A stretch of 64,000 nt of DNA, taken from positions 1 to 64,000 of the forward strand of contig JAYUGC010000053.1 of NCBI GenBank assembly GCA_043767805.1. Reading direction: 5' to 3'. Both the position numbers and the translations under genes were made by a program. The notes beneath the pieces were generated by a model. It ran no database searches, was not told the origin of the DNA, and was given only the letters and a program-made list of their open reading frames with translations. Shown here piece by piece: positions 1-9,558 of the stretch (positions are counted from its first letter, which is position 1; each line of letters opens with the position of its first letter). This stretch comes from Pseudomonadota bacterium. Its GTDB lineage: Bacteria > Bdellovibrionota > FAC87 > UBA2466.

Positions 1-2
1 TC

Positions 3-470
3 GCCCCCCAAGGCCTCAGCTGGCGTGTCGACTGGCTTTTACAACACCCGGGCGCCGCGGGCGTGGTGGGCAACCTCGATAAAACGATGGATGCGGACGG
101 AAACGCGTTCGAGGTCTTCCCGGATTTGGCGGCCATGTACCAGAGACTCCCCGACCAAATCACCTGGGCCGGGATGCATACCCATCGCATCTTTCCCTCC
201 CCTTTGAACGCCACTTTGTTTCGCGCTTCCGTGTTTCGGGACATCGGCCGTTTCGACGAGAAACTCCTGAGGGCGGAAGATAGAGACTTTCTGTACCGCC
301 TCTTGAAACAAGTTTCGCTCGCGCACGTGAGCCGTCCCGTTTTCCAGTATCGCATTCACGACCAGAATATTTCGGTCAGGGCCCAAGGCAATCGGCTCCA
401 TGCCTTTACACAGTCGGAGAGCTACCGCATCCTGGTGGACATGGAGCACGGCATTCCCCTTAAGACATGA
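3..470 (+). CDS. GT2 family glycosyltransferase, 5'-partial (runs off the window edge)
   Basis: Frame open from base 3 (APQGLSWRVDWLLQHP...). C-terminal GT2 motifs IGRFDEKLLRAEDRDFLYRL and YRIHDQN. Resembles the 8842..9558 protein. Confidence 0.85.
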   Translation, partial: APQGLSWRVDWLLQHPGAAGVVGNLDKTMDADGNAFEVFPDLAAMYQRLPDQITWAGMHTHRIFPSPLNATLFRASVFRDIGRFDEKLLRAEDRDFLYRLLKQVSLAHVSRPVFQYRIHDQNISVRAQGNRLHAFTQSESYRILVDMEHGIPLKT

Positions 471-1303
471 ACCTCGGCGACTCCTTACAGCGCGCGCTCA
501 GCAAGAGGAAGGCGGACCGGTGGCGTGCCGAGGCGGAGAGCCGTGGGCAAACTTTGATTTTCACCCACATCGCGAAATGCGGCGGCACGACTTTCCGGAA
601 AATGTTTTTTGATGCCGCCGCCCACCAGCCCAGAGCTTCTCTCTTCATTCCGGGATTCACGCCCATATCGCACGACGCTGTGATGGGCAGACTCTCGCGG
701 TCGAACCGAAGAAGGCTCGTCATAATCGCTGGACACTTTAATTACGGAATTCACGAGCTGCTCGGCATTCGCAATCCGGTCTACTACACGGTCCTCCGGG
801 ATCCCCTGAAGCGAGCTATTTCCCATTACTACTTTTCGATTTACCCCAAGACGAAGAAGCGGCTGAGCCAGCTCTCTCATTCGGAAAGGAGAATACTCCT
901 ACCGATCATTTCCAATACGATGACGAAAACGCTCCGGGGAAAGGATTGGTGGGTCGACGGGTGGGACACGGACCCCCTCGAGCTCCGCCGTTTACAAAAA
1001 AAAGCGCTCTCCAATCTGATCCACAAGTACCGCTGCTTTGGCCTTTTGGAAAACCTCGACCAGTCTCTCCTGCTATTGAGAAGCCATTTTCCCTGGCTCG
1101 ACCTAAAGCTCGATCCGCGCCACAGGCTCAATCAGACGACGATAATGGCCTACCAGCCGGAAGCGGAGCCAAGTTTCATCCGGCAGCTCCTAACTAATCT
1201 CAACGAGCCTGATAGGGAGCTTTACGCGGGAGCAAAAGCGCACTTTGAGAGCCTCGTTCATTCTCTCACCGCCCCTGCCCCCAGCGACGCTCCAATGCTA
1301 TAA
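467..1303 (+). CDS. Sulfotransferase (Sulfotransfer_2-like)
   Basis: 5'-PSB motif FTHIAKCGGTT and 3'-PB motif TVLRDPLKRAISHYYF; late D..LY motif. ATGA overlap with the upstream GT. Confidence 0.85.
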   Translation: MNLGDSLQRALSKRKADRWRAEAESRGQTLIFTHIAKCGGTTFRKMFFDAAAHQPRASLFIPGFTPISHDAVMGRLSRSNRRRLVIIAGHFNYGIHELLGIRNPVYYTVLRDPLKRAISHYYFSIYPKTKKRLSQLSHSERRILLPIISNTMTKTLRGKDWWVDGWDTDPLELRRLQKKALSNLIHKYRCFGLLENLDQSLLLLRSHFPWLDLKLDPRHRLNQTTIMAYQPEAEPSFIRQLLTNLNEPDRELYAGAKAHFESLVHSLTAPAPSDAPML

Positions 1304-1354
1304 TTTTAGGGCCTCTTCCGTCCGATTTTAACTCCCTGCATCACTAGCCACCCC

Positions 1355-2032
1355 ATGAGCGACCGCGTAAGCTTTGCTTCGGTAAGCCTGTCTTTTGCGC
1401 GGGCCTCCAAAGAGCGCAATATCTACAAGCGCCTGGTCACGCGCGCGCCCGCGACTCGCAAAGTTCTCTTCGAAAATCTCAACTTGGCAATCGAGGCGGG
1501 CGAAACGGTGGCTCTCGTCGGGCCTAATGGAAGCGGCAAGACCACGCTCCTCAAGCTCGCGGCGGGCATCTTCGTGCCGGAAACGGGCGAAGTGCAAATT
1601 GGAGACGAGCTTCAGCCCCAGGTTCGAAGAGAGAAGCTGGGGCTAATGCTCAATACTCAGCTTTTGTACGACGGACTCACGGGCTACCAAAACCTCGACT
1701 ACACCGCTCATCTCTACGCCTGCCAAGATTTGAGCTCGGTCATTCAAGAGGCCGTCTCTTTCTGGGGGATGGAAGAGTACATCGATGCGTCGGTCCGGAG
1801 CTATTCCGCGGGCATGAAAGCGAGACTCGCTCTCGCCCGCGCTACTTTGCACCGGCCGTCCGTACTCCTGCTCGACGAGCCCACGGTATTTCTCGATTTG
1901 GACGGCCTCACGCGGCTGAAACATTATCTGCGCACCTCCCCGGTCACCGCCGTCATCACTACCCATCAGGAAACCGCCTTCGCTGAAGTCTTGAACCGAG
2001 TCATCCCGATCGAAACTTTAGAGACAAACTAA
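1355..2032 (+). CDS. ABC exporter ATP-binding protein
   Basis: Walker A GPNGSGKT, signature YSAGM, Walker B LLLDEP, H-loop TTH. Confidence 0.92.
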   Translation: MSDRVSFASVSLSFARASKERNIYKRLVTRAPATRKVLFENLNLAIEAGETVALVGPNGSGKTTLLKLAAGIFVPETGEVQIGDELQPQVRREKLGLMLNTQLLYDGLTGYQNLDYTAHLYACQDLSSVIQEAVSFWGMEEYIDASVRSYSAGMKARLALARATLHRPSVLLLDEPTVFLDLDGLTRLKHYLRTSPVTAVITTHQETAFAEVLNRVIPIETLETN

Positions 2033-2041
2033 ACAACGCCC

Positions 2042-2887
2042 GTGGAAAAACTTCTCCCTCTGCAGCGGTTCCTTTTTAACTTTAGGGCGCTCCCGCGCCC
2101 GCGGTGTTTCTACGGCCTCTTCAAGAAAGAGTTCGCACTGCAAAGCTCGAGCAGCTTGAGTCTCGTCAATAAGCTCATCATCGGCCCCCTGGTCAGCCTC
2201 GGCACCACCGGCATTCTCTACGGCAGCTTCTTTCGCACGCACCCCGGCTCGACCCTCGGCGGGATGAGCGCGGACAACTACGTTATCTTCGTCGCCATCG
2301 GCTTTTTGATGCACACGTATTTGAACGCGGGCTACTACTGCTTTTCGACAAAAATCCTGAACGAAGTTTCTTCGGGGACTTTGCAGATCCTCTGGATAGC
2401 CCCTTACCACCGGGTTAAAGCTCTGCTCAGCATGGCGAGCATGGAGGGGCTACGATGTTTCGTCGTTTTGCTCCTGTCCCTACTCATCGCGGGCCTTCCT
2501 CATCGGCCGTTCCTGGACGCGCTTAGCCTTCAGCTTCTGTGCTACTTCGTCTTCGTGCCGATATGCCTGACCATAGGAGCCATTCGCGCGATGGTCATGC
2601 TACTAAATAACGACCTCGCCGAAATTCTCGATCACGGTTATCTCATCTTCGTTCTGACGGCCTGTCCTTACATCCCGGGCACCCTTCTCCCTAAAATCTT
2701 GCAGCCATTCACGCAAATCAACCCGGGCTATCATTTCGGCTACGTCATGCGCAGCACCTGGGAACGCGGCTTTCACGCCCCTATTCATCTCTGGGCGGCG
2801 GGGCTGCTCGGCGGTTCCGTCCTGGCGTTCGCGTACTTGCTCTGGGGAAAATACCGCAAGCAAATCGTAGAGCGCTGCTTTCTATAA
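2042..2887 (+). CDS. ABC-2 type exporter permease
   Basis: About 6 hydrophobic segments, E..SGTL..L..AP and INP motifs; directly follows the ABC ATPase. Confidence 0.8.
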   Translation: MEKLLPLQRFLFNFRALPRPRCFYGLFKKEFALQSSSSLSLVNKLIIGPLVSLGTTGILYGSFFRTHPGSTLGGMSADNYVIFVAIGFLMHTYLNAGYYCFSTKILNEVSSGTLQILWIAPYHRVKALLSMASMEGLRCFVVLLLSLLIAGLPHRPFLDALSLQLLCYFVFVPICLTIGAIRAMVMLLNNDLAEILDHGYLIFVLTACPYIPGTLLPKILQPFTQINPGYHFGYVMRSTWERGFHAPIHLWAAGLLGGSVLAFAYLLWGKYRKQIVERCFL

Positions 2888-2890
2888 GCG

Positions 2891-3763
2891 CTACTGCGGA
2901 TAGTAAGAGAACGTCGCTCCGCTCGCCGATACCAGGTCGGAGGCCAAATAGCGCGTCGATAGATTCATTGCTTCGATATGAGAGCGGAAGGGATGAGGGG
3001 TCAAAAAGTCGAGGAACCTGTCCTCGAAGCCAGGCCAGAACGTCGCCATCAACTTTAGATTTCGGTAAATGTAGTAGGTCGCCCGCGCTCCCACGCCAAA
3101 AGATTTCGAACCGTGGTGATAGACGAAAAGATCGTCGGCGCAGACACTTTCAAAGCCCTTCTCTTTCGCGCGAAACGAATAATCCACGTCTTCCCAGTAC
3201 CCGGCCCCGAACGCGAGCTCAAAGGCGCCGAGGGCGTCGATCACTTCCCGCTTGATGGCCATGCAACAGCCGAGGCCCGCGGGAATGCTTGGGTAAGCGC
3301 GCGGCGAAACCTCGGCTAGGCGATCGCAAAAATCAGAAAAGGATCCGTCGGGAAGGTAGTTCGCGACGAACGCCTTCGGAAAAGAAAGATAGTAAGCGCA
3401 GCTAAAAAGCGGGCTCACGATGCCTACCGAAGGGCGTGACTCGAGGGCGCCGGTCAGCCGCTCTACCCAGCGTCGCGGCACGAGAGTGTCTGAGTTTAGT
3501 AAAAGGAGATCGTTTCTACTTTGGCGAAAGCCTTGATTCGCCGTGAGCAGAAAGCCTTGGTTGGTGTCGGAGCGATGCACTTTGAGATGCCTATGAGCCG
3601 CGGCGAGCCCGAGCAGATAAGGCTGTACCTCGGGATCGGTACTCGCATCGTCGAAAAGATAAATGGGATGACGGGGATCGGTGTGCGCGAGAACCGCCGC
3701 CATACACGCCTTCAAGGCGGCAAGCGCGTTGAAGACGGGAATGACGATGTCGAAAGTTCTCAA
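2891..3763 (-). CDS. GT2 family glycosyltransferase
   Basis: DIVIPVFNA, DDASTD, LLLNSDT, GYWEDVDY, YHHGSKSFG. Confidence 0.92.
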   Translation of the reverse strand: MRTFDIVIPVFNALAALKACMAAVLAHTDPRHPIYLFDDASTDPEVQPYLLGLAAAHRHLKVHRSDTNQGFLLTANQGFRQSRNDLLLLNSDTLVPRRWVERLTGALESRPSVGIVSPLFSCAYYLSFPKAFVANYLPDGSFSDFCDRLAEVSPRAYPSIPAGLGCCMAIKREVIDALGAFELAFGAGYWEDVDYSFRAKEKGFESVCADDLFVYHHGSKSFGVGARATYYIYRNLKLMATFWPGFEDRFLDFLTPHPFRSHIEAMNLSTRYLASDLVSASGATFSYYPQ

Positions 3764-3793
3764 AACAATGCCGCCTGGGTGCCGCGCTTGGGG

Positions 3794-5146
3794 TTACTGC
3801 AATCTCAATCGAAAGATGATCTTTGGATGAAGATCGCCGCTCGGGGCTCCACTCCAAGTACCCCAAGTCTCGGCGACTTTCCAGCCGGTTTCCGCAAACC
3901 AAGCCCGCCACTGCGCTTGGGGAAACATCCGAATCCCGGTTTTCAATAACTCGTAGCGTAATCCGTGGTGAGACACCGCATGCTCCCAAACCACTTCATT
4001 GGGTTCCTTACCGACGTACGTTCTTTCCCAGAGGTGGCGGCTCGCCGTCTCGCCCACGGAGGCCTTGAACAAGTAAGTCCATTTTCCCTTCAGCCACTCC
4101 GCGCGGTGGAGATCCCAAAAAGGCAGATGGTGCACGTCGATGAAGGCTTCTCCCGTGGGGACACAATGCGCTTTAAGCTGGGTGAGCGTTTGCCGAATTC
4201 GTTCCTCGGAGCCCACGTGCTCGAGGCCGTTATTGAGCGACACGATCGTGTCGAACTTCCGTCCCAGGGAAAGCTCGCCCGCATCTTGATTGACGATCTC
4301 CAGAAGCGATCGTCGCTCGGGCGGAAGCAGCGCCTTTCTTTCTCTCGCCGTCTCCAGCATCGCTTCCGAGTTATCGACAAGAGTGCAAGGAGTTCCTTGA
4401 CGAGCCAGGGCCTCCGCGAGCCGACCCGCCCCTCCGGCGAGATCGAGAACTCCGCTCTCGTTCCCTTGGCACAACCGGGTCAAATTTTCCACGGCACCAT
4501 CGCCCTGACAGAAAAGAGACTCGTAGAAGAGCGCGTGACCATAATCCAGCCCGTGTGCCCGCATCCGCAGCCCTTCGCGGCTCGGCGGAGCCAGCGGCAA
4601 AAGGGGTTTCAGCCAGGACTTAACCACCGGAAACGCGAGCCACGGATGACTCATTCTTTCAAAAGCCCACGAGAAAACCGGAGCGCGCAAATAACGGTAC
4701 TTCAATCGCCCGATCTTCAAGCCAAGCGGCGAATGAAAAATACCGCGGTACAGCCGGTGCTGAAGACGGGAATGAAAAAACAAAACCCTCGAAGCTAGCC
4801 GGAAGAGCGGGTGCTTTACGGGGAAAGCGCCGACCTGAACCACCTTACCGAGCAAATGTTCCCGGCAAATCCATCCGTCGGCTTTGAAGTTCGCATCTCC
4901 CTTCAGAAGCCATTGCGTGTAATAGCCTTGCCCCACGCGCTCGAGAACCCGGTGGCAAATGCGGGTGCCCTCGCGGTTATAGACGACGAGATCCCCAGGA
5001 GTCAGCTCATCCAGAACAAGCGGATCGACGATAATCTCGCTTCCGCTTCGCAAAAGCGGCCACTGACTCGGGCCCAGGCAGGTCAACTTCATTTGCCAAG
5101 GCATCGTGGAGTTTGAGTGCGTCATGAGTCGAAGAAATCTTAACAC
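3794..5146 (-). CDS. S24/S26 peptidase-like domain fused to a class I SAM-dependent methyltransferase (start could be 5125, 5104 or 5092)
   Basis: N-terminal GPSQWP..PGDLVVY..CHRV..KGDAN..DG (S26 Ser/His type). C-terminal VLDLAGGAGR, VDNSEAML, FDTIV, LEH. Confidence 0.8.
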   Translation of the reverse strand: MLRFLRLMTHSNSTMPWQMKLTCLGPSQWPLLRSGSEIIVDPLVLDELTPGDLVVYNREGTRICHRVLERVGQGYYTQWLLKGDANFKADGWICREHLLGKVVQVGAFPVKHPLFRLASRVLFFHSRLQHRLYRGIFHSPLGLKIGRLKYRYLRAPVFSWAFERMSHPWLAFPVVKSWLKPLLPLAPPSREGLRMRAHGLDYGHALFYESLFCQGDGAVENLTRLCQGNESGVLDLAGGAGRLAEALARQGTPCTLVDNSEAMLETARERKALLPPERRSLLEIVNQDAGELSLGRKFDTIVSLNNGLEHVGSEERIRQTLTQLKAHCVPTGEAFIDVHHLPFWDLHRAEWLKGKWTYLFKASVGETASRHLWERTYVGKEPNEVVWEHAVSHHGLRYELLKTGIRMFPQAQWRAWFAETGWKVAETWGTWSGAPSGDLHPKIIFRLRLQ

Positions 5147-5193
5147 AAGCTCGCATGGACGAACTCCCGCGCTTCAGCTAAGGGTGGAAGCAC

Positions 5194-6543
5194 ATGGCGC
5201 CCCGTCTTCTTCATGTGCTTCACTCTTGGGAAACTCCCGGGGGAACTGAGCTCTTGGCAAAGCATCTCATCGACGCGCTCTCCCGTCGTTACCAGAGCTC
5301 CGTCATCTATCCGAGAAACGCCTGGCAACAAACGCCGGCGTTACATCCCGTTTCCAGCGGACGATCCGTGGTGTGGCGGCTGGAGCGGCCTGTTTGGGCC
5401 TCTCCCCTAAATGTCATGGGATTTCCCACCACCTGGGAGGACCCGGCGGTGGAAGCGAAATTCGACGAGCTGCTCCGAATGGAAAAAATAGAGCTCGTCC
5501 ACTTCCATCACTTTTCCGGCTGGGGCACGTTTCGTCTCGCCGAGATCGCGCGTACCCACCATCTTCCCGTTGTGCTCGGCCTCACGGATTTCTTTTTGCT
5601 TTGCCCCGACTGGACGTTGCGCGGCCCCGACGGGCTTCCCTGCGGAAAACGGCATTCCGCCGACGGCTCCGATCTCTGCGGCGACTGCTTTGCCTCGAAG
5701 ACCACTTCCCTCGGGCCCACTCCGGTCAACGCGGCTTGGAGCACGAGCTACTTGCAAGAACGACTGGCGAGAGCGCGCGCCCTAGTCGACCAAGCGGACC
5801 GTCTCGTCACTCTGTCTCACTTTCTCGCCGAGCGTTTGTCCGATGGATTGGGCCATCCGCTTTCTGATTTCCAAGTCATTGCTCCCAGCCTAGGACAAAA
5901 TTTTCAGCCGCTGGAAGCGCCTTCCGTGGAAGGACCGCTGCACATCGCGTTTCTCGGCTGCTTCGTCCCCCAAAAGGGATCCCGTTTCTTTTTAAGCCTC
6001 GCCAAGGCTCTGCACGGGAAAGGCTATCGTTTCTCCGTCGTCGGAGCCTGTCCCAACGAGGACCCTCTGACTTTTTCCAAGCTCGGCATCGAAAGCCGCG
6101 GCCGTTACGAGCCCGATCGGCTTCCCGCTTCGCTCAGAGACGTGGATGTCGTACTCGTTCCTTCACAGTGGGAGGAGACGTACGGGATGGTGGTCACGGA
6201 AGCTCAAGCCTGCGGCGTTCCTGTCGTCGCCTCCGATCTCGGGGCGATTAGCGAGCGAATCGTCGACGGGGTGAATGGATTCACCCGTCCGGCTTACGAC
6301 TTGGAAGCGTGGGTCTCGCTTCTAGAGTCTCTTGGCTCCGATCGAAAGAAACTGCTATTTGTCCGAGAAGAGCTAAAGAGAAACCCGGTTTGTCTCCAAT
6401 CGGAAGGCAGACATTTCGTGCAGGCTCACGCGGCGATTTACGACGAGTGCTTAGATTCGAAAAGTCGCCTGGCGATCCCTGAGCCTTTTCTGCAAAGGCC
6501 CCTCAATGTTGCCGTACCGACGGGACAGAGTCTTAAGCAATAA
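5194..6543 (+). CDS. GT4 family glycosyltransferase
   Basis: PGGTE, VHFHHF, DFFLLCP with a Cys cluster, KG, ETYGMVVTEAQACGVPVV (EX7E). Confidence 0.92.
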   Translation: MAPRLLHVLHSWETPGGTELLAKHLIDALSRRYQSSVIYPRNAWQQTPALHPVSSGRSVVWRLERPVWASPLNVMGFPTTWEDPAVEAKFDELLRMEKIELVHFHHFSGWGTFRLAEIARTHHLPVVLGLTDFFLLCPDWTLRGPDGLPCGKRHSADGSDLCGDCFASKTTSLGPTPVNAAWSTSYLQERLARARALVDQADRLVTLSHFLAERLSDGLGHPLSDFQVIAPSLGQNFQPLEAPSVEGPLHIAFLGCFVPQKGSRFFLSLAKALHGKGYRFSVVGACPNEDPLTFSKLGIESRGRYEPDRLPASLRDVDVVLVPSQWEETYGMVVTEAQACGVPVVASDLGAISERIVDGVNGFTRPAYDLEAWVSLLESLGSDRKKLLFVREELKRNPVCLQSEGRHFVQAHAAIYDECLDSKSRLAIPEPFLQRPLNVAVPTGQSLKQ

Positions 6544-7206
6544 GCTGGCCGTGATGGCGCGCTGATTGCTTTTCCAATAGTTTCGAAACGCGGTGCCTTG
6601 CGCGAGCCGCTTTACCGCGCAGACCGCTTCATCGAATTTCTGCTCGAAGCGATCGCCTACTTTGAGAAACGCATCCGGCGCTTCCTCGCAAAAAAGCGTT
6701 TCGTCGTAGCCGCCCACGGCTAGGAGCGCCGAGCGGCGCCAGGTCGTCGCGCTGTGAATGATTTGATACGGCGTCGCCAAATCCCAGCCCGGCACGAAGC
6801 CGGGAGCGGGCAGAAGCCTCGGTGACGGGTCGTCCTTGGACTCCACGAGGGCCCTCCCCCAGACGACGCCGACCGTAGGGTGAGAGGCCAAAATCGTGCC
6901 GTGGCGTTTCACTTTCTCCGAGTAAAAGGCATCGTCCGCGTCGAGAACGGAGACGAACTCGCCGCGGGCTTCGTTGAGTAACCGGTTGCGGCATCGAGGC
7001 ACGCCTTGGCGCTTGGCGTTTCGAAAACAGCGCACCGTAATCGGCAAAGTCTTTAGATAATCCCAAGTTCCGTCGTACGAGCCGTCATCTAAAATCAGAA
7101 GCTCCCAATGCGGGCTGGTCTGAGCGAAGACGGACTGCACCGCTTGCTCGAGGGTAGATCTCATCTGATGCGCACAAATGACGACGGAGGTAAGAGGTTG
7201 GCTCAC
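6451..7206 (-). CDS. GT2 family glycosyltransferase
   Basis: SVVICAH, ILDDGSYD, RN...ARGEFVSVLDADD, VGGYDE. Confidence 0.9.
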   Translation of the reverse strand: MSQPLTSVVICAHQMRSTLEQAVQSVFAQTSPHWELLILDDGSYDGTWDYLKTLPITVRCFRNAKRQGVPRCRNRLLNEARGEFVSVLDADDAFYSEKVKRHGTILASHPTVGVVWGRALVESKDDPSPRLLPAPGFVPGWDLATPYQIIHSATTWRRSALLAVGGYDETLFCEEAPDAFLKVGDRFEQKFDEAVCAVKRLAQGTAFRNYWKSNQRAITASLLLKTLSRRYGNIEGPLQKRLRDRQATFRI

Positions 7207-7274
7207 TCCCCTCTACATACTTGAGATCCCGGTGATAGAAAAGTAGTGGCGGTTGACCCTTATCTCACTATGAT

Positions 7275-8390
7275 TTGGCCGTGACTCTGACATTCTGCTC
7301 CATCATTTGTAGGAATTATCTCGCGCAGGCACGAGTGCTCGCGGCTTCCCTGAGAGAGCACCACCCCGAGTCGCGCCTGGTGGTTTTGGTGGTCGATGCG
7401 ACGGCGGCCTGGGCCGGGGACCAAACGGAGCCGTTTGAAATCCTTTCGCTCGAAGCACTTCATCTAACCAACGTCACCGATCTCTGTTTCCAATATTTTC
7501 TTTGGGAGCTGACCACGTCGGTAAAGCCTCGTTTCTTGAAATTTCTTTTCGGTCGGGGCGCGGAGAAGCTCGTCTACCTGGACCCCGATATCGTGGTCTA
7601 CCATCCGTTGAAGCCGGTCGAGGCCTGGCTCGAAACGAGCCCCCTTCTCCTGACTCCGCATGTGACCCAGCCCTGTTCCGAACGAAGCTCTCTGCGCGAT
7701 CGCGAACTGCTTCTCTACGGCACCTATAATCTGGGCTTCATCGCCTTGAAGGCCGGGGAGACGGCCGATCGTTTTCTCGACTGGTGGGGAGAGAAACTCG
7801 AGCGAGGGTGCCGCGCGGATCCCGCCAATGGTTTTTTTGTCGATCAAAGATGGCTCGACGTGGCTCACGCTTTTTTTGAGGGCGCCCGCGCCATCCGGGA
7901 GCCGGGCTACAACGTGGCGTTTTGGAATTTGTCTTACCAGCCCATCCACTGGAAGGGCTCGTCGCCTTGGGTGCCGAGCTCGCCCTGTTACTTTTTTCAT
8001 TTCTCCGGATTTCTTCCGCAATTTCCCGAGAGCGTTTCCAGGCATCCGCGCAAACCTATTTCCATGAATGAGGTGGGGGAAGCGCGGATCTTGTACCGCC
8101 GCTATGCGGAGAGCTTGAAAGCCGCAGGGTATGAGGAGACTCACTCTCAGCCGTACGCTTTCGACCGTTACGACAACGGGGAACCCATTTCGAAGGAGGC
8201 TCGGCGCTTTTACCTGGACCTCACGGCCGAAGAACGGCGCTTTGGTAATCCGTTTGCCACCGACGGCAAGCAGTCGTTTCACCGCTTCTGGAACGAGACG
8301 CAGGCCAAACAAAGCGAGCGCCTCTCAGCCGATCGCGCCTTTAGCTTCGTCGAGAAAAAACGGAACAGCGAGAAGAGCCCGCTCCTTTAA
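7275..8390 (+). CDS. GT-A fold glycosyltransferase (GT8-like)
   Basis: NYLAQARVL, YLDPDI (DxD), LTPH, YNLGFI, DQRWLD, YNVAFWNL, FFHFSG. Confidence 0.8.
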   Translation: MAVTLTFCSIICRNYLAQARVLAASLREHHPESRLVVLVVDATAAWAGDQTEPFEILSLEALHLTNVTDLCFQYFLWELTTSVKPRFLKFLFGRGAEKLVYLDPDIVVYHPLKPVEAWLETSPLLLTPHVTQPCSERSSLRDRELLLYGTYNLGFIALKAGETADRFLDWWGEKLERGCRADPANGFFVDQRWLDVAHAFFEGARAIREPGYNVAFWNLSYQPIHWKGSSPWVPSSPCYFFHFSGFLPQFPESVSRHPRKPISMNEVGEARILYRRYAESLKAAGYEETHSQPYAFDRYDNGEPISKEARRFYLDLTAEERRFGNPFATDGKQSFHRFWNETQAKQSERLSADRAFSFVEKKRNSEKSPLL

Positions 8391-8749
8391 GGACAGAGAA
8401 ACGCGATCTCGTCCAAGGTCTTTTCATCCAGACGGATGAACTCGGGCCGGGCGTAATCGAACTTCGAAGGCGCCTCGGCACTACCCAGGGAAGTTTCTTC
8501 CAGAAGCTGGTTTTCCACCATGAAGGAGACGAGGCCCTTCAAATGATCGATCTCCGTCGGGTTGCTCACGACGTCAGTGGCGCTCAGAAAAGCGTCGAGG
8601 CGCTGAGGCTCTTTGAAGAACTTCAGAAGCGACTCGGTGCCTTCGCTGAAGTAAAACATCTTCCCGGTGTTCAGCTGAATGACGACAAGCTGGCCCAAAA
8701 CCTGGCGATAAACGACTGAATCGGGTGTGAGGTAGAATTCTTTGGCCAT
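8387..8749 (-). CDS. PqqD-family / RiPP recognition element (RRE) protein with a C-terminal extension
   Basis: VVYRQVLGQLVVIQLNTGKMFYFS (three-strand wing) followed by helices ending LVSFMVENQLL; tail YARPEF...LCP. Confidence 0.72.
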   Translation of the reverse strand: MAKEFYLTPDSVVYRQVLGQLVVIQLNTGKMFYFSEGTESLLKFFKEPQRLDAFLSATDVVSNPTEIDHLKGLVSFMVENQLLEETSLGSAEAPSKFDYARPEFIRLDEKTLDEIAFLCP

Positions 8750-8841
8750 GGTTGAGCCTCGCTTAATATACGGATCGACGTAACCCTACTGACTTCGATT
8801 CCCCTATGGCAAGAACTTTTGTCCGGAGTTAGAGTCCGCCC

Positions 8842-9558
8842 ATGCCTGGTTCCGGTCTTTCTCGCCCTCCCGAACTCTCCGTGCTCATTGCTTTTCACAA
8901 CGAGAGAAAATTTTTGCGCGGCGCAGCAGAAAGTGTCCTGCGGGAAAACCTGAGCGCGATCGAAGTCGTCGCCTTCGACGATGGCTCCACCGATGACAGT
9001 CTGGATACCATTCGCGACCTTCCCGTGCGCTGGCACCGAAGGGAGAGCAACGCGGGCCCTGCCTCGGCGAGAAACGGGGCTCTCGCCCAAGCTCGCGGAG
9101 AATGGATCACCTTTCTCGACGCCGACGATCGCCTGGTGCCGCGCAGTTTGGAATCCCGGTTGCTGTGGCTCAGAAATAATCCGGAGGAACGAGGCGTTCT
9201 GGGGTCCATGGGACGAGTCATCGGACCCGACGGCAACCCTCTGCGCGCCTTTCAAAAGGTCACCTACCCATTGCCCCCCAGCCGGCTCGACGCGGATTTT
9301 CTGTTAAAGAATCCCTCTTACCCGGCCGTCATGTGGCTCGGCGTGTTTCACCGCTCTTTGATGGAGAGCGTAGGCCGATTCGATGAAAGCCTATGGCACG
9401 ACGACGATCGCGATTTTCTCATTCGCCTTCTCAAAGTGAGTCCGCTCGAGGTGCTCCCCATTCCCTGCGTGGACTACCGCATGCACGCCAAAAATCTTTT
9501 TTTTCATCTCCAAGGATTTCCGAAGAGGCAGAGGCCCCTGGCAGAGGCGACGAGATGA
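8842..9558 (+). CDS. GT2 family glycosyltransferase
   Basis: LSVLIAFHN, DDGSTD, GPASARN, ARGEWITFLDADD, VGRFDE..DDRDF. Confidence 0.92.
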   Translation: MPGSGLSRPPELSVLIAFHNERKFLRGAAESVLRENLSAIEVVAFDDGSTDDSLDTIRDLPVRWHRRESNAGPASARNGALAQARGEWITFLDADDRLVPRSLESRLLWLRNNPEERGVLGSMGRVIGPDGNPLRAFQKVTYPLPPSRLDADFLLKNPSYPAVMWLGVFHRSLMESVGRFDESLWHDDDRDFLIRLLKVSPLEVLPIPCVDYRMHAKNLFFHLQGFPKRQRPLAEATR

